DNA of 64,000 bases from an uncultured Thermoleophilia bacterium (GCA_963798285.1 CAWCSR010000003.1:500-64499), one strand, 5' to 3'. Shown: positions 48,256-60,154, counted from the stretch's first letter. The notes: a model not told the origin generated them from the letters alone. Translations and numbers: made by a program.

Positions 48256-51200
48256 CCGGATCCTCCGCGGCGGCCGGAGACTGCAGCTCGCAGACGGGGT
48301 CGAGCAGCTCGTGCTCGCGCTTGCGCGCCCTGGCCCAGCCGGAAACGCCGCAAGCGTACCGGACGTCGCAGTATTCGCAGCGCTGACGCGTAGTGCGCGG
48401 GAACATGCCGGCGTCGACCAGGGCGACGGCGGTGGCCACCAGGGCCCTCAGCCGCCTCGTGGACGCGACCTCGTCCTGCGGCAGAACGAGGTCCTCGAAG
48501 CCGCCGCGGCGCGTGACCAGCCGGTAGAGGCAGGTGATGGACGCGTGATCGCCCCCGCCGGCCTGACGGAAGGCGAGCCGGTAGACCGGAAGCTGGACGC
48601 TGAGGCGCTCCTTGATGTGGTTGCGCTCGGTCCCGCCGCCGCCCGATTTGTAGTCGATGATACGGGGCCCGGACGGCGTGACGTCGACGCGGTCGAGACG
48701 ACCGGCGAACCGGACGGTCCGCCCGTCCGGAAGCTCGAGGGCCACCGGCCTCTCGACGGCCTCGCCGAAGCGCCACTCGACGCCGGCGGGGCGGCCGGTG
48801 GAGTCGGAGAAGACGGGGTCGCGGCGCACGGTCTCGACGAGGTCTTCGCGCAGCAGTTCGCGGCGGACCTCCCAGGAGAGCGCCGCGCCGGTGACGCCGC
48901 GGCCCTCGGCCTCGGCGCAGCAGACCTCCCAGGCGGTGAGGACGGCCGCCGTGGCCCCATCGCGCCGCAGATCGCCGTCGATCACCTGCTGATAAGTCCT
49001 CTGAAGGATGTCGTGGGCCAGCGTCCCGAACTCCCGGGCGTCCATCTCCAGTGAGTCGCCGGGCTCGTCGGGCGCCTGCAGCCCATAGACGTCCCGCAGC
49101 AGGAACGCGAACGGGCAGTTCACGTAACGCTCCAGCCGCGTGGGGTGCATCTCGGCGTCGAACGGGTGCGCGGAGGCCAGCGCGGCGCGCGCATCGGCCC
49201 CGAGCAGGCCGTCCCAAGGGCCCGGCACAGGGCTGCGCGCCGACCGCCAGGCGCCGAGTCGGCGCGCCGCAGTATCACCGTCGCCGAGCACGGAGGCCGC
49301 GTAGGACCGAGCGGCCGCGCGGCGTCCCGCGCTGCCGAGAGCGAGCAGCAGCGCGGTGTCTCGCTCACGCTCGTCGACCCATACGACGTCGTCCGAGTAT
49401 GCAGTCGAACCGGCGAGCCGGCGCCAGACCGGCCCGAGCGGCTCGCCGTCAAGGAACTCGTCAAGGCCTACCGGATGACCGGCGGCCAGGGACGCCAGCC
49501 GGAGCAGCAGCCTCGACGGCAGCCTCGGCCGCCCGTCGGCGGCGCTGGAGCGAGGCGCGAGCAGGACGAGACGTTCGCGAGCCGCCTCGCAGGCGAAGGC
49601 GAACAGCAGGAGCGACTCCGCGTCGCGCTGCTCCGCGAGTGGCAGCCGGACGCCGAGCGCCGAGCCGACGCGACGGCGCTCGGCGTCGCCCAGCAGCGGG
49701 TCGGGCCGGCCACGGGCGGGGAACCCGCCCTCCGCAAGGCCGGTGAAGACGACCGTGTGGAAGCTGAGGCCGCGGAGCTCGAGCGGCGTGAGCACGGCCA
49801 CTCCGTCGCGACCGGTGCGGCCACGCGGCACGCGCGCGCCGGCGAGCAGGTCGCGCAGCACCCCCGCGGCCTCATCCAGGCCGACCTGCTCCTCCAGCAC
49901 CGCCAGCGCCTGCAGGCGGAAGGCCGCATCGCGGGCCTCGGCGGCCGCCCCCTGCTCGAACACGGACGCGATGGCGGCGGCGAAGAACTCGGCCCATACG
50001 CCCCACGGAGCGCGCTCGGGCGATACGCCGCACGCCTGCGTCAGAGCGCCCACGGCGCCCAGCAACCCCCGAGCGGCCGCCAGCCTGCACCGCACGGCCT
50101 CGGCCTTGTCCGAGACCTCGTCGTCCTCCTCACCGGCAGCGGCGCCGCGCGCCTCGAGATCCTCCAGACGCCGCTCCAGGCCGCTGCGGCGGGCCGTCAG
50201 GCGGGTCGTCCACTGACCGAGCCCGGCCACCACCCCGGCCTGCCGGGCCTCGTCCAGCCACAGCGCCGTCTCCCCGGCCTCGCCGCCGCCACGCAGCGGC
50301 CCGGCGGCGAGCAGGTCGATGACCGCCCGCCTCGAGAACGGCTCGCCGGCGGGTGGTGCGAGGCAGTCTGCGAGCTTGACCAGAAGACGCGGACCCGTCG
50401 ACCTGTCCGGCACCCGGCACGCGGCCGGCAGCTCGGCTTCTCGCAGCGCGGCGGCGGCGAGCTCGACCGCATCACCGTGCGCGACGACGAGAGCACAGTC
50501 CCTGGCCGACGCTCCCTCCTCGACGGCGGCGACGACCGCCCGGACCGCCTCCCGGAGCTCGGCCCGCTCGTCGGACACCGACACCACAGTGAGCGAACCG
50601 TCGCCGCCGAACCGAAGCGGCTCGTCGCCGGCGAGAGCCCACAGGGCGCGAAGTCGTTCGTGATCGCGCGCCGCAGGTGGCGGCGCCAGATGGCGCTCGA
50701 CGAGCCCGAGCCTGACGGCGACGTCGAACGTCGTGAGGGCCGAGCGCTCGGCGCCGGCGGGCACCGGAACGAACAAGTCGGCCCCCTGCGCGATCAGCGC
50801 CCCGACCAGCGACTCCTGCGCCTGGTTCAGGTCGTACACCCCGAACAGGATGACGGCGCCCGGGAGCGGTCGCGCCGCCGCGGCCGCCGCGACCTGCACG
50901 CCGGCTGCGTCGGCCAGGCGCCGCGCCTCGAGCTCGGCGCAGAAGGCCTTGTACAGGAGGTCGAGGTCGCGCGCCTTGGCGCCGCTGGTCGCAGCGGCCG
51001 GAGACCCGGCGGAGGCGGCATCGCTCCACACCGAGCCGGGAGGCACGCACGCTTCGCGCAGATCGGTGAGTGTGGCCGCCAGCGCCTGCGCGAAGTGCGG
51101 GCGCTCGACGACGGGCCGGAAGTACTCGAGCTCGCCGGCCCGCTCCGACACGAGGCGCCGCACCAGCCGCTCGCGCGCCAGACCTCCGAGTACCGCCGGC

Positions 51201-51460
51201 GGCGCTTTCTGCTCGGCGGCCACGAGATCCGACGCCAGCCGGCCCAACGTGGAGACGGTGAGGTTGGCGACGGCTCCGAGGCGACGCACCAGGAGGTCGC
51301 CCACGCGCGTGCGCACGGCCGCGGAGCCGACGACGATGGTGAGGGGAGCCAGCGCGTCGTCGCGCTTGAGCTCGGCGACTCGCTCGCAGAGCGCGTCCTC
51401 CAGCTCCGGAAAACGGCCGCTGATGAGCAGCCCCAGGTGTGCGTCGGCTCCCCCGGTCAT
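48248..51460 (-). CDS. addB: AddB-like inactive helicase/PD-(D/E)xK nuclease with Fe-S cysteines
   Basis: PTRLERYVNCPF, GRLDRVD, IIDYKS, QLPVY, CEYC...C. Confidence 0.85.
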   Translation of the reverse strand: MTGGADAHLGLLISGRFPELEDALCERVAELKRDDALAPLTIVVGSAAVRTRVGDLLVRRLGAVANLTVSTLGRLASDLVAAEQKAPPAVLGGLARERLVRRLVSERAGELEYFRPVVERPHFAQALAATLTDLREACVPPGSVWSDAASAGSPAAATSGAKARDLDLLYKAFCAELEARRLADAAGVQVAAAAAARPLPGAVILFGVYDLNQAQESLVGALIAQGADLFVPVPAGAERSALTTFDVAVRLGLVERHLAPPPAARDHERLRALWALAGDEPLRFGGDGSLTVVSVSDERAELREAVRAVVAAVEEGASARDCALVVAHGDAVELAAAALREAELPAACRVPDRSTGPRLLVKLADCLAPPAGEPFSRRAVIDLLAAGPLRGGGEAGETALWLDEARQAGVVAGLGQWTTRLTARRSGLERRLEDLEARGAAAGEEDDEVSDKAEAVRCRLAAARGLLGAVGALTQACGVSPERAPWGVWAEFFAAAIASVFEQGAAAEARDAAFRLQALAVLEEQVGLDEAAGVLRDLLAGARVPRGRTGRDGVAVLTPLELRGLSFHTVVFTGLAEGGFPARGRPDPLLGDAERRRVGSALGVRLPLAEQRDAESLLLFAFACEAARERLVLLAPRSSAADGRPRLPSRLLLRLASLAAGHPVGLDEFLDGEPLGPVWRRLAGSTAYSDDVVWVDERERDTALLLALGSAGRRAAARSYAASVLGDGDTAARRLGAWRSARSPVPGPWDGLLGADARAALASAHPFDAEMHPTRLERYVNCPFAFLLRDVYGLQAPDEPGDSLEMDAREFGTLAHDILQRTYQQVIDGDLRRDGATAAVLTAWEVCCAEAEGRGVTGAALSWEVRRELLREDLVETVRRDPVFSDSTGRPAGVEWRFGEAVERPVALELPDGRTVRFAGRLDRVDVTPSGPRIIDYKSGGGGTERNHIKERLSVQLPVYRLAFRQAGGGDHASITCLYRLVTRRGGFEDLVLPQDEVASTRRLRALVATAVALVDAGMFPRTTRQRCEYCDVRYACGVSGWARARKREHELLDPVCELQSPAAAEDPDV

Positions 51461-51568
51461 GGTCGCGGCGAGCGTATCACGCGGTCCGGACGGGTCCGCG
51501 GCTGCCGAGGAGAACGCAGACCGAACGCGGGCCGCAGGACGCCGGACGGCTGCGGCGCGACCGGCAGA

Positions 51569-52138
51569 TCAGGTCAGTTCGCGGATGAGGTCCGCGTGTT
51601 CGGGGTGCCGGGCGAGCAGCGCGTCCCTGTCCGCGAGCTCGAAGTCGGCGAAGTCGAAGCCGGGAGTGACGACGCAACTGACGAGCGCCCAGGCGCGCTC
51701 GGGCGGCAGGTGCGGGCCGCCCGCGAGGCGGGCGCCCTGCCAGCTGCCGGCCGTCACCAGCGCCTGCGTCTGCCATCCGAGTGAGCCCCCCGGCAGCCCG
51801 GCGGGCGCCCCCGGGGTCGGCTGCGCATCCTGGCTTCGGCCGCGAACGATCTCCTCGAGGTCGCCGAGCACGCGCCGCTCCACGGCACCGTCCGGCGCGA
51901 TCGTCACCAGTTCGAGCGGCAGCCCGCCCTGGTACACCCAGAGCTCATCGCTGCTCAGGCGGTGCAGCCGGCTCGCCGACCCTTCGGTCACGAGGAAGAT
52001 GATGGCGGTGGACGCCGGGCGTTCGCCGCGCGGCGTCTGCAGTGACTGCGCCGCGCGATACGTCTCGAGGTAGTAGCCGCCTTCTGGATGGGGCTCGAGC
52101 CCCAGCGAGGCGGCCATCTGGGTGGCGGTCGGTCTCAT
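51569..52138 (-). CDS. Cupin superfamily protein (DUF985-like)
   Basis: LGLEPHPEGGYY.ET, STAI.FL, HRL.SDE.W, VSCVVTPGFDFADFE. Confidence 0.88.
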   Translation of the reverse strand: MRPTATQMAASLGLEPHPEGGYYLETYRAAQSLQTPRGERPASTAIIFLVTEGSASRLHRLSSDELWVYQGGLPLELVTIAPDGAVERRVLGDLEEIVRGRSQDAQPTPGAPAGLPGGSLGWQTQALVTAGSWQGARLAGGPHLPPERAWALVSCVVTPGFDFADFELADRDALLARHPEHADLIRELT

Positions 52139-52169
52139 CGCGCGAGCATAACCGAGCGGCGGGCGTTGG

Positions 52170-52204
52170 AAAGGCCCCTCGTCCAGCTGGACCGAGGGGC
52201 CTTT
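52170..52204 (-). terminator. Hairpin terminator after rnpB
   Basis: AAAGGCCCCTC...GAGGGGCCTTT inverted repeat. Confidence 0.65.
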
Positions 52205-52207
52205 CTG

Positions 52208-52592
52208 TAGCAAGCCGTAAGCCGGATCCTGTCGTGGGTGACCATCCATCTCGGGCCGTCCGTTGCCGGGCGGCTCATGCGGCCGGAACCCGGGAGTCTC
52301 GGGCGAGCAACCCTCAAACACTCCCCTATTTGGCCTTGCACCGGGCGGGGCTTGCCGAGCCGGCCTGTCACCAGGACCGCTGGTGAGCTCTTACCTCACC
52401 GTTTCACCCTTACCCGCACCCCTCGAAAGGGGCCGCTGGCGGTTTACTCTCTGTTGCGCTTTCCCTCGGGTTTCCCCGGCTGGCCGTTAACCAGCGCCCT
52501 GCTCTGTGGTGTCCGGACTTTCCTCGACGAGGAGCCTGATGGGGCTCCGAAGAGCGCCCTCACGCGACCCCGACGCGGCCACCTGGCTTGCC
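52208..52592 (-). ncRNA. rnpB: RNase P RNA (class A)
   Basis: GAGGAAAGTCCGG...GAAAGCGCAACAGAGAGTAAACCGCC...GGGTGAAACGGTGAGGTAAGAGCTCACC...ACAGGATCCGGCTTA; extended -10 TGG-TACACT at 52598-52606. Confidence 0.96.
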
Positions 52593-52678
52593 CAAGGAGT
52601 GTACCACCGCGGTAGGAAGTTCAGACCGACAGCCGGACCGGCTCTGCCGCGCGACGGACGGCCGGACCGGCGCTGCGC

Positions 52679-52909
52679 TCAGCGCACGATGAGGATGAGG
52701 ATGGCGATGGCCCCGGCGAAGCCGCCGACCCACGCGAGCGCCCACACCCAGGGGTGGCGCTTGTTCTGGGACCCCTCGTTGGCGTCGGCGAACTTGGACG
52801 CCGAGAGGTAGGGCTGCATGCGGCCCCCGCCGACCCACGCTCCCTGGGCGTCGCGAGACTCGGTACCGGCCTCGCCGGGTTCGATGTGCCTCGGGTCCGA
52901 TCCGCTCAT
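52679..52909 (-). CDS. Small protein with a C-terminal TM helix
   Basis: Ends in WVWALAWVGGFAGAIAILILIVR. Confidence 0.5.
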   Translation of the reverse strand: MSGSDPRHIEPGEAGTESRDAQGAWVGGGRMQPYLSASKFADANEGSQNKRHPWVWALAWVGGFAGAIAILILIVR

Positions 52910-53029
52910 GACGACCCCGTTCGTCGGCCGTGCACGGCTCCACGACGTGTCGCGGCTCGGGCGCAAGGCCCGTAGCTGCATAGTAGCACCGCATTGTGAA
53001 TGGCGCGTTGACGCCCATTGCGCCGTGGG

Positions 53030-53392
53030 TCAGCTCTGCCGCGTGCCTTGGCGCCCCGGCTTGAGGTACCCGAGTACATAGATCGTGACGCCGGCCGGCG
53101 CAACGAAGTGCGGCGCCGACTGGTAGCGGCCCTCGCCGGTCGGCTCCATCCGGAACTCCAGCTCACCGGGGCCGTCCCCGGCACCGACGACCTCGTCCAG
53201 CAGGATCCAGCCGATACTCACGTGGTGGCCGGCTTCGCGCTCGTCGGCGGTCGTCCAGATCTCTTCGAAGTCGTCGGGCGTGTAGCGCACCAGCCGCCCG
53301 TCCTCGTCCAGAACGTCGAAGTGGCCGTCGGCGACCCCGCCGACGGGGTCGGCCTGCAGCTTCTTGTGGCGAAACGCGTCGAAAAGGCCCAT
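53030..53392 (-). CDS. Hypothetical protein, paralog of 53392..53685
   Basis: FDVLDEDG..VRYTPDDFEEI...GWILLDE...IYVLGYLK. Confidence 0.7.
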   Translation of the reverse strand: MGLFDAFRHKKLQADPVGGVADGHFDVLDEDGRLVRYTPDDFEEIWTTADEREAGHHVSIGWILLDEVVGAGDGPGELEFRMEPTGEGRYQSAPHFVAPAGVTIYVLGYLKPGRQGTRQS

Positions 53393-53685
53393 CAGACGAC
53401 CTGCTTGCCCTCTTCCCCGTCCTTGAGGCGGCCGAGCACGTAGATCACGATCTCGGGCGCCTGGGCGGGCGGCGTGACCGTCTCCGTCAGCGCCTGCTTC
53501 CAGGCGGCCTCCGGCTTGGGCGCCTCGCCCTCCTCGATCTCCTCGCCGAGGGCCAGCCAGCCCCGCGCGAGCAGCTCATCGTGCTCGGCGTGGGTGCTGA
53601 CGCGCCTGATCTCGGCGAACTGGGCGGCGGTGAACTCCCGCACGGTCCCGTCCGGCCGCAGGACCTCATAGGCATCGGCCATCAT
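53392..53685 (-). CDS. Hypothetical protein, paralog of 53030..53392
   Basis: YEVLRPDGTVREFT..QFAEI...GWLALGE...IYVLGRLK; GAGGAGG RBS. Confidence 0.7.
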   Translation of the reverse strand: MMADAYEVLRPDGTVREFTAAQFAEIRRVSTHAEHDELLARGWLALGEEIEEGEAPKPEAAWKQALTETVTPPAQAPEIVIYVLGRLKDGEEGKQVV

Positions 53686-53754
53686 GTTCCTCCTCTGTGG
53701 CGCCGGCGCTGTGAGCGGCGGCACGCGGGTGCCGCCGTCCGCGCCGACGTGTCT

Positions 53755-54555
53755 TCAGGCGCGCACGTCCGAACTGAGCTCGGCCGCGGCGGCCTCGTCC
53801 AGGAACCACGTGAGCGTGCCGTGCACGGGCGCGACGCCCTGCGCGGGCACCGCGTTGGGCACGCGCAGGCCCTCGAGCACTTCGGCGACCATGCCAGCTT
53901 TGCTGGCGCCGCTCACCAGGAACCAGACGCGGCGCGCGGCGTTGATGACCGGCGCCGTCACGGTGAGCCGCGGCGAACCGTCGGGAGCCTGGGTCGCAGC
54001 CGCGAACTTGTCGTCGACCGCAAGGACGTCGCTGTGCGGGAACAGCGAGGCCGTGTGGCCGTCGGGGCCGAGGCCGAGCAGCACGAGGTCGAAGACCGGG
54101 ACGTCGACCGTCGGGCGCTCCTTGGCGGCCAGGTCGCGCAGCTCCTTGTCGTAGGCCTGCGCGGCCTCCTCCGGCGTGTCCTCGCCGCGCATGCGGTGCA
54201 CGTTCTCCGGCGCGATCGGCACGTGCTTGATGAACGCGTTGCGCGCCATGCCGTAGTTGCTCTGGGCGTCGTCCGGCGGCACGCAACGCTCGTCGCCCCA
54301 GTAGAGCTGGACGCGACGCCACGGGACCTTCTGGCTGAACTGCTGACGCGCCAGCAGCCGGTACAGGGCGCGCGGCGTCTCGCCGCCGCTGAGCGCGACG
54401 GCGAAGCGGCCGCGCGCCGCCGCCGCCTCCTGCGCCGCGAGTGCGAAGAGGTCGGCGGCGCGCAAGGCGAGCGCATCGCCGTCCTTGAGGATCTCGATGC
54501 GGAGCGGTGCCCCTTCGGCGCCCCGCTCGATAGCTCGACTACGTGGGCTATTCAC
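53755..54555 (-). CDS. pgl: 6-phosphogluconolactonase
   Basis: ALSGGETP, WGDERCVP, LLGLGPDGHTASLFP. Confidence 0.94.
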   Translation of the reverse strand: MNSPRSRAIERGAEGAPLRIEILKDGDALALRAADLFALAAQEAAAARGRFAVALSGGETPRALYRLLARQQFSQKVPWRRVQLYWGDERCVPPDDAQSNYGMARNAFIKHVPIAPENVHRMRGEDTPEEAAQAYDKELRDLAAKERPTVDVPVFDLVLLGLGPDGHTASLFPHSDVLAVDDKFAAATQAPDGSPRLTVTAPVINAARRVWFLVSGASKAGMVAEVLEGLRVPNAVPAQGVAPVHGTLTWFLDEAAAAELSSDVRA

Positions 54556-56210
54556 GTCTCGTCCCCCTTCACGGGCCGCCGCCAGGTGTGGCCGTCGCGG
54601 GCGATGAGCGCATCCGCCGCCTCGGGCCCCCAGCTGCCGGCCTCGTAGATCGAGATTTCGCGCTCCGGCCGCCTGGCCCAGGCCTCGAGGACCGGGCCGA
54701 CGATGCGCCAGGCCTCCTCGGCCTGGTCACCGCGCGTGAACAAGGTCATGTCGCCCTCCATGGCGTCCACGAGGACGGTCTCGTAGGCGCTGAAGGGGAG
54801 CTCGTGCAAGGTGGTGCCATAGGAGTAGTCCATGGCCACCGGCTGCAGCGCGACGGCGTGGCCCGGCCGTTTTGACTCGATGCTGAGCGAGAACCCCTCG
54901 TCCGGCTGCACGCGCAGGACGAGGACGTTGGGCTGCACGCCGCCGCCGGCCGCCGCGTCCTGGAACAGCAGCACCGGCGGTCGCTTGAAGTGGATGGCGA
55001 TCTCGGTGACGCGGCGTGCCAGGCGTTTGCCGGTCCGCAGGTAGAACGGCACGCCCTGCCAGCGCCAGTTGTCGATGACGAGCTTGAGCGCCGCGTACGT
55101 CTCCGTGTAGGAGTCCGGCGCCACCCGATCCTCCCCCCGGTAGGCCGGGACGTCTTCTCCGTCGACCCGGCCCTGCACGTACTGCGCGCGGGCCGCCCAA
55201 TCCCCCACGGACTGGGCGGGGATCGGGCGCACCGCGCGCAGCACCTTCATCTTCTCGTCGCGCACGCCGTCGGCGTCGAACGACGCCGGCGGCTCCATCG
55301 CGACCAGCGAGAAGAGCTGGATGAGGTGCGGCGTGATCATGTCGCGCAGCGCGCCCGCCTCTTCGTAGTACGGGCCGCGGTGCTCGACACCGAGCGTCTC
55401 CGCGGCCGTGATCTCCACGAAGTCCACGTAGCGCCGGTTCCACACCGGCTCGAAGATGCCGTTGGCGAAGCGCAGGACCAGCAGATTCTGCACCGTCTCC
55501 TTGGCGAGGTAGTGGTCGATGCGGTAGACCTGCCGCTCGTCGAACACCTGACCGATGACGTGGTCGAGCTCGTGCGCCGTCGTGAGGTCGCGGCCGAACG
55601 GCTTCTCGATGACGACGCGTGTCCAGCCGCGCGCCTCCTCCGGGCCGTGCTCGCCGTCGAACGCGCCGTGCCGGGCGAGCCCGGAGGCGCCGAGCTGCTC
55701 GATCAGCACTTCGAACTGGCTCGGCGGCGTGGCCAGGTAGAACATGCGGTTGCCGCTCGCGCCCTTGCCGTCGAGCTCGTCGAGCAGGGCGGCCAGGCGC
55801 TTGAAGCCCTCCGGGTCGTCGAACTGGCCCTGCACGTAGCGGGGGCTGGCCAGCAACCGGTCGCACATGTCGCCGTCGACGACTTCCACGCCGTAGAAAT
55901 CGTCGATCGCCTGGCGCATGAGGTCGCGGAACTCGTCATCGCTCATCTCCTGGCGGCCGTAGCCGACCAGGGTCGTGCCGAACGGCAGCACGCCGTGGCA
56001 GCCGAGGTCGTAGAGCGCCGGGATCAGCTTGCGGTGCGCGAGGTCTCCGGTGACACCGAACATCACCAGGCTGCAGGGATCCGGGTGGCGCTCGCCGCCG
56101 AACGGCGAGGCCGACCCGGTGGCCTTCGACTTGCCGGTGACCTTGACCCCGCTCTCGTCGCCGTAGTCAGGCTCGTCGTAGGTGAGACGCCCGGCCACGT
56201 CGCCGTCCAC
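54552..56210 (-). CDS. zwf: Glucose-6-phosphate 1-dehydrogenase
   Basis: FGVTGDLA.RKL.PAL, EKPFG, RIDHYLAKE, NWRWQGVPFYLRTGK. Confidence 0.96.
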   Translation of the reverse strand: MDGDVAGRLTYDEPDYGDESGVKVTGKSKATGSASPFGGERHPDPCSLVMFGVTGDLAHRKLIPALYDLGCHGVLPFGTTLVGYGRQEMSDDEFRDLMRQAIDDFYGVEVVDGDMCDRLLASPRYVQGQFDDPEGFKRLAALLDELDGKGASGNRMFYLATPPSQFEVLIEQLGASGLARHGAFDGEHGPEEARGWTRVVIEKPFGRDLTTAHELDHVIGQVFDERQVYRIDHYLAKETVQNLLVLRFANGIFEPVWNRRYVDFVEITAAETLGVEHRGPYYEEAGALRDMITPHLIQLFSLVAMEPPASFDADGVRDEKMKVLRAVRPIPAQSVGDWAARAQYVQGRVDGEDVPAYRGEDRVAPDSYTETYAALKLVIDNWRWQGVPFYLRTGKRLARRVTEIAIHFKRPPVLLFQDAAAGGGVQPNVLVLRVQPDEGFSLSIESKRPGHAVALQPVAMDYSYGTTLHELPFSAYETVLVDAMEGDMTLFTRGDQAEEAWRIVGPVLEAWARRPEREISIYEAGSWGPEAADALIARDGHTWRRPVKGDET

Positions 56211-56212
56211 CG

Positions 56213-57118
<906 letters not shown>

Positions 57119-57151
57119 CTTGTCCTCCTCGTTCCGCCGGCCGGACCGGCG

Positions 57152-58860
57152 TCAGGTCAGCTGTGACAGCGCCTCCGCGACCAGCTCGCCGAGTCGCTTG
57201 ACCCCTGCGAGCACGTCGTCGCCGAGGCAGACGCGCAGCGCGCGGCATCCGTGCGCCCGGAGGGCGCCCAGGTCACCGCGCGCCTGCGCCCGCTTGAGTA
57301 CGCCGAAGCTGTAGGGCTGGCCCGGGATGTCCACGTCCACGGGGTCGTGTCCCAGCAGTTGAAGGAACAGACCCTTGTTCGGCCCGCCCTTGTGGAGCTG
57401 GCCCGTCGAGTGCAGAAAGCGCGGGCCGTAGCCCAGCGTGCGTCGCCAGGCGCGTGCCGTCGCGCAGCTCGAGGCGCAGCGCCTGCAGGTGCTCCCAGAC
57501 CTGCGCGCCCGGCGCGACGTAGGCCTGCAGCGCCACGTAGTCGCCCGGCTGCGCCTGGGCGAAGAACGCGGCGAGCGCCGCGGGCAGGCTCGTCGTCGCC
57601 CACCGGATACGCAAGGCGCCCCTCGCCCTCCGGCAGGTCCTCGAGCAGCTCGCCGCTGGCGATGTAGCCGGCGAGCAGCCGCTTGGTGTTGTCCTTGCTC
57701 TCCTGCACGTTGGGCTGGTCGAAGGGGTCGATGCCGAGCACGCGGCCCGCCGTGGCGACCGCGATCTCCCAGCGCAGGAACTCGCCGCCGAGGCCGTACT
57801 CGTCGGCCAGCTCGTGCCCGACCACCGGATGCCCGGCCTCGGCGAGGTCCATGAGCTCCAGCGCGATGCCGCTCGCGGCGATGCTGTCCAGGCCGACCTT
57901 GGCGAACACGCGGTCGTCACCGTAGCACGGCGGGGTCGCCGAGCGGCTCGAGGTCGACCGGCAGGATGCCCTTGCCGTCCTTGCCGGTGCTCTCGGCGAC
58001 GAGCTGCTCGACCCAGGCGCCGAGCGCGCGCAGGCGGGGCTCGGCGACGATGCGTGAGCTTGTCGCGGCCGCGCGAGCGCCGCCTCGCCCAGCACGGCGC
58101 CGAGCCGCACGGCGGGGTTCTCGCCGCACGGCGACGTCCGGGCCGCAGGCGACGGCGACGGCGCGCACGCCGTCGAGCAGTCGCGCGAGGTCGACGCCCG
58201 ATCAGCGCCGCCGGCACCATGCCGAAGAAGCTGAGGGCCGAGTAGCGGCCGCCGATGTCCGACGGGTTCACGAAGACGGCGCGGAAGTCCTGGTCGAGCG
58301 CCTCCTGCTGGAGCGAGGTGCCCTCGTCGGTGATCGCCACGAAGTGGTGCCCGGCGTGGCCGCCGTCGAGCTCCGCAGAGCAGCTCGTAGAAGTAGGCGT
58401 GGAAGCTGGCCGTCTCGGTGGTGCCGCCGGACTTGCTCGAGACGACGAAGAGCGTCGTGCTCGAGATCGACGGCGGCCTGCACGGCGCAGCACGGCCGCC
58501 GGGTCGGTGGAGTCGAGCACGTGGAGGTCGAGGTAGCCCTCACGCACGCCGAGGACCTCGCGCAGCACCTCGCGGCGCGAGGCTCGAGCCGCCCATGCCG
58601 AGCAGCACCGCGGAGCGGTAGCCCTCGGCACGCACCTCGTAGACGAACTCGGTGAGCCCCTCGACCTGCTCGCGCACGCCCTCGTACACGCTGAGCCAGC
58701 CGAGGGCGTTGCCGATGATCGCCTGGTGCGCCTCGTCCCCAGGCTTCCAGAGAGTCGGGTCGGCCTCCCAGAGCCGCTCCGCGTAGCGGTCGGCCTCCAG
58801 CGCCTCAAGGCGCCTGGCCACGGCTTCGTCCAGCCAGGCCGGCAGCAACCACTCGTCCAT
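57152..58860 (-). CDS. pgi: Glucose-6-phosphate isomerase (type often fused to transaldolase), multiple frameshifts
   Basis: LGMGGSSL, SKSGGT.E, IGGRYSALS.FG, EQLVAESTGK, PFDQPNVQESK, GPRFLHSTGQLHKGGP. Confidence 0.88.
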
Positions 58861-58862
58861 GC

Positions 58863-60024
58863 TCAGCTCCCTTCGCCCGCGAGCAGCTGCGCGCGCTTGT
58901 CTTCCACGATCCGGATCAAGCCGTCGAACGCTTCGACGAACAGGTCGATGCCCTCGTTCTGCAGCTGGGCGCCCACACGCTCCAGGTCGATGCCCCGCCT
59001 GGCTCAGCTCGCGCAGCAGCCGGTGGGCGTCCTCCAGGTGCCTGTCCACCGTGGGCGCCGCCGTGCCGTGCTCCTTGAACGCCTTCCAGGTGGCCTCCGG
59101 CAGCGTGGTCACGGTGTACTCGCCGATGAGCTCGTCCACGTACATCGTGGCCGGGTAGGCCGGATCCTTGACGCCCGTGCTCGCCCAGAGCACGCGCTGC
59201 ACCTTGGCGCCGGAGGCGGCGATGAGCTGCCACTCACGGCTGCTGAGGTAGCTGCGGAAGCGTTCGTAGGCCACCTTGGCGTTGGCCACGGCGGCCCGGC
59301 CTTTGAGGGACTCGAAGCGCCGCCGCTCCGCCGCGTCGGCGGCGGCCTCCGCGCGCTCGTCGAGCATGCTGTCGACGAGCGTGTCGACGCGAGAGACGAA
59401 GAAGCTGGCGACGGACGACGTCGCGCGGATGGTCAAGTCACTGCCAAGACGGTACTCGAGCGCCTCGAGGTACGCGTCGGCCACTGCCTCGTACTGGGTC
59501 AGCGAGAACAGCAGGGTGATGTTGATGTTGAGGCCATCCTTGAGGCACTGGAGGATGGCCGGGACCCCCTCGCGCGTGCCCGGGATCTTGACGAACACGT
59601 TGGGCCGGTCGACGGCGGTGAACAGACGGTGCGCCTCGGCCGCGGAGCCCTCCGTGTCGCGGGCCAGGTGCGGCGAGACCTCGATGCTGACGAAGCCGTC
59701 CTCACCACCGGTCGCCATGTAGACGGGCGCCAGCACGTCGCAGGCGGCGCGCACGTCGTCGATCACCAGCTTGTCGAGGATCTGCGCCGCGTCCAGCCCC
59801 TGACGGCCAAGCGCGAGGATCGCATCGTCGTACTCTCTGCCACCGCCGATGGACTTCTCGAAGATCGCCGGGTTGGTGGTCACGCCTCCCAGACCATCGC
59901 GGTCGACCATCTTCTTGAGGCCGCCGCGCTGGATGAGCGCCCGGTTGATGTAGTCGAACCAGGGGCTCTGGCCCAGACGGTGGAGCTCGGCGAGCCGGCT
60001 CTCGGCAGGGGGCACGGCGATCAC
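58863..60024 (-). CDS. tal: Transaldolase (frameshift near 58995)
   Basis: GQSPWFD, GVTTNPAIF, FVKIPGT, NITLLFS, ASFFVSRVD, LWASTGVK. Confidence 0.93.
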
Positions 60025-60154
60025 TCTCCTTTCGTCGGGCTGCGGCCCGGATGCATCCATTCACGAACGTCACGAGGGCCGCGCGGGTCGCCGGCGTCGC
60101 AACGGCGCCGGCCCTTCGCGCGGCCTCAGCCTAGTCATTTCCCGCAGTACCGCC

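Noticed and set aside
57152-60024. Fused Tal-Pgi protein
   Set aside because: After allowing for one frameshift, tal ends with TGA at 58863-58865 and pgi has its own ATG at 58860, so they appear to be separate genes.
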